64,000 nt of DNA. Origin: Chrysemys picta bellii (taxonomy: Eukaryota). The notes under the pieces are model-generated. The model had not been told where the DNA came from. It did not search any database and was given only the letters and a program-made list of their open reading frames with translations. The stretch spans positions 17,236,001 through 17,300,000 of the forward strand of contig NC_088796.1 in NCBI RefSeq assembly GCF_011386835.1, in the 5' to 3' direction. A program made the translations under genes and the position numbers. This document shows, piece by piece, positions 61,099-64,000 of this stretch. The stretch's first letter is position 1; each line of letters opens with the position of its first letter.

Positions 61099-61948
61099 GA
61101 ACTGAGTCCAAACTTCCCTGAAGTTCAGAGAGGTTTAGATGGTGGAATGGTGGAGATCTGGCCATCATAGAGGTAGGCTCACGTCATAAAGATCATGTCC
61201 ATGCAAGTGACCTGGCTCTTTCGATCCCCACTCTTGCTGAAACGGCTCCACTATTGTTAACACCATCCACTGCTCTGCTGGCACCCGAGCCTCATGCTAC
61301 CTTCCTGTGATGACACATCAAGGCACAAAAGCAATATAGCAGCAGAGAATTCTGTTTGTGTCAGCTATATTAACCCATCTAGCAGCAGCACCTACGCAAG
61401 GCCTCAGGGCCAGATTTTCAAGTTCTTAGCACTCAGAATTAGGACCAGATATTTAAAAGTGCTCAACACCCAACGTACAACCCAAGTGCTGATTTCTTTT
61501 GAAAATCTGACCATTTGTTTGGATGCCTAACTGGGAGCTGAGCTGTCTCAAAAATCTGGCTCTAGTTGTAGGAGCTGAGCCCTTCTGAATAATACAGCCG
61601 AAATTTTTGGATTTTTGGAGCAGCTTTCATTATTGTACCTCCCAACAGGCCTAGCATCCATCCATAAAGTTTAATCTAGTCTGCGTGAGCCCCTTTTAAG
61701 TCTATAGCAACTGAGATTTCTTACTCTAAAGGTACTGGGGCAAATCCTCAGCGGGTGTAATTTATTATAGCTCCATTGACCCCAGTGCAGCTATGCTGAT
61801 TTAAACCAGCTGAAGCTCGGGCTCATTGTTGTCACTTGCAGTTTCTTTGAAAGAAACAAGTGAACTTGGTGTATTTTGTATCCCAAAGTCCCTTATTTAG
61901 TTTTCATAAGGCCAAGGCAGTGTTATGAATAGTCCCATCCTTCTAATC

Positions 61949-62229
61949 CAGTGGTCCACAAACTTTTTACCTCACGTTCCCCCTTCCCCCTCCCTCCCCC
62001 AAGACGGGGCTGGGAGCAGAGCCGTGGCTCCAGGAGGGTGAGGGAAACGTGGACAGGGGTAAGAGGGCTGAGGCTGGGGCCACAGCTGTGGGCAGGCGTG
62101 GGGCTGGCAACAGAGCTGGGTGGCATGCCTTCCGACCCTCCTGGGGGGATGGCCTGGGTCCCAGCTGTGCCCCTTCCAATGTTCCTCCATGCCCCTAGTG
62201 GGGTATGCCCCACATTTTGGGGGCCTCTG
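61949..62229. mobile_element. hAT (Buster/Charlie-type) MITE
   Basis: cagtggtccacaaac..tttgggggcctctg; perfect TSD ttctaatc at 61941-61948 and 62230-62237. Confidence 0.85.
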
Positions 62230-62299
62230 TTCTAATCCAATAGTTTTTGTGCAGAAGTGCAAACACAATTTGGCTTTTAGTTTTGCAAATTGTTCTGTA

Positions 62300-62790
62300 C
62301 GGTGGTGGAATAGTCAAGGGGATATTTGGGAAGCTATATAATTGTATGAAAATGAGGCGGGAAAGAGGTAGACTTGTGAATCATCCACAGAAAGATTATA
62401 TTGAAGTCCTGGGAATGGGAGAAGTCCCCAAGAAAGAGAGGGAAGAGGAGAGGGGGAAAAGGAAGGAGTTTTGAAGGATGCCAGCAGGTAAAGGGAGAGA
62501 GAAAAGTTATCACACAATGAAGGACTAGTCCATAAGGTAGGAGGGGATCCAAGAGAGTATAGGGTCATGTAAGCCAAGAAAAAAGACAAAATAAGAAGGA
62601 ATTTAGTGATCAACAGTGTCAAAGGCAGCAGACAGAGAAAGGAGAAAGAGAAGAGAGATATACCTCTTTGACTTGGCTAGTAGGAGGTCACCAGTGACTT
62701 TGGTTTCTGAGGAACAGATAGTGTGGAAAGTGGAAGGTGGAATGGGGAGGGTCAAGGGTAGAATGGGACATAAGGAAGTCCAGATGTAAT
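62300..62790 (-). mobile_element. L2 LINE RT fragment
   Basis: ORF 62603..62806 SSETKVTGDLLLAKSKRYISLLFLLSLSAAFDTVDH. Confidence 0.82.
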
Positions 62791-64000
62791 TTTTGGTGAA
62801 TTCCACAGTTTTATATTGGTTTGGAATTCATAATAATAAAATGTTAATCAATTTGTCATTTGGGAAATCTTCTGGGTCAAAGCTCCCACCCATATCCAAT
62901 GCATAGAGTTTAAATATTGTAATATTGCTTGTAACAGATAAAGGACAGAGCTAGGGTGTAACAAATAGTAAATGGATTCTTTTTTGAGGCTGTTGGACAC
63001 CCACAAACCCTGTGGCTCCTACCCTCCCCAGATTGCAGACTGAGAACTTCAGCATGGGCTACACAATATTACCACGCATGATCTACCTTTGTCCTGGCCT
63101 GGATTGGGTAATCATGGAATGGATTGCTAGATTAAAAAAAGACCAGTTTGGTATTGCCTTTCACCTTCCCAATAAATAGTTCAAACGAGGGTCTAAGGTC
63201 TGAAACCATGACTCTAGGGTCTGAAACCATGCCAACCACACCTCCCATGAAAAAGCTTGTGCAAAAGTCAACCCAGTCAAGCCATCACTGACAAAGTTTT
63301 GCATTGCTGTGTCTGGGAGATGTTTAAGGTTGAATCTGAAGTTCCTGCCCCATCATATGAGACTTTAGACTTCCATGGGAATTTTGCACTGGTAAAGACT
63401 CCAGGATTGGAAATGTTGTGCAGGGCACAAGAGTTACACCCTACTCTTCTCAGGAAGTGCTGTCCTGATCACCATCCCTTAAATGTACAGCCACCAGAAA
63501 GGGATGTGTGAATGTTAGACTGTAGGTAATGTTTCCTCTGAAGGACAACGCCTCTAACAATGTAACATCCTCCCTTGAGCTACTGCACATTGTCCATTGT
63601 AGTTCTTCTAATGGACATATCACATTCTGATGTGGGTCTCGAGCACAAGCCCTTATAATCCAGTAGTGAGAGTGCTGCCATCTGAACTAGGCTGCTAATA
63701 GTATTAGGGATCCCAGCATCTCAATTGATTGATGCATGTCATCATATAGCTGGTTCATTTGCTCTGCCCTGTTGTATTAATTTAGGTGTAATATATGGAC
63801 CCAAAGAGTCAAAAGTGGACATGACTCTGTCACTGTCCAACATGGAAAAGTTTTAAGCAAGGGTTTGGTATGTAGAGACTTTAGCCTGTTCCGTCCCGTG
63901 GCAAACACACCACTAGCAGTCTTTTAAACCTTTTAATAAAGATACAGAAAACGAAGGAAAGACAGTGAAAGCATTTTAACACCATTTCTTGTTCCTTTTC

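Noticed and set aside
60740-61168. CpG island or promoter, and 92-124 aa ORFs
   Set aside because: Explained by a young hAT MITE with a perfect 8-bp TSD
63197-63231. Short tandem duplications (here ggtctgaaaccatg twice; also about 3605-3635, 9112-9133, 20015-20042)
   Set aside because: Two-copy slippage duplications, ordinary background

Overview
Vertebrate (amniote) genomic DNA, almost certainly turtle. That is an inference from a tRNA-headed, CR1-tailed tortoise Pol III/SINE at 57176-57353 and from CR1, Penelope-like, hAT and Gypsy repeat types typical of turtles. The window is intronic or intergenic and dominated by decayed transposable elements. These include CR1 and L2 LINE fragments, an Ingi/Vingi-like LINE, CORE-SINEs, an LF-SINE-like copy, solo LTRs, hAT and Harbinger-type MITEs (several with intact 8-bp TSDs), a full-length dead Buster-type hAT transposon, and many Penelope-like element (PLE) pieces. 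I recognise no host protein-coding gene, rRNA, true tRNA or CRISPR array; only weak candidate exons are offered. The most unusual structure is a set of about 110-210 bp PLE-derived hairpin insertions with 12-13 bp TSDs. The intact one (33005-33214) is a perfect 160-bp spacer-less palindrome carrying two back-to-back minimal hammerhead-ribozyme motifs with a CCGA rather than CUGA core; other copies have lost the hairpin centre. Family names come from recalled motifs, not database searches, and boundaries without a TSD are approximate.
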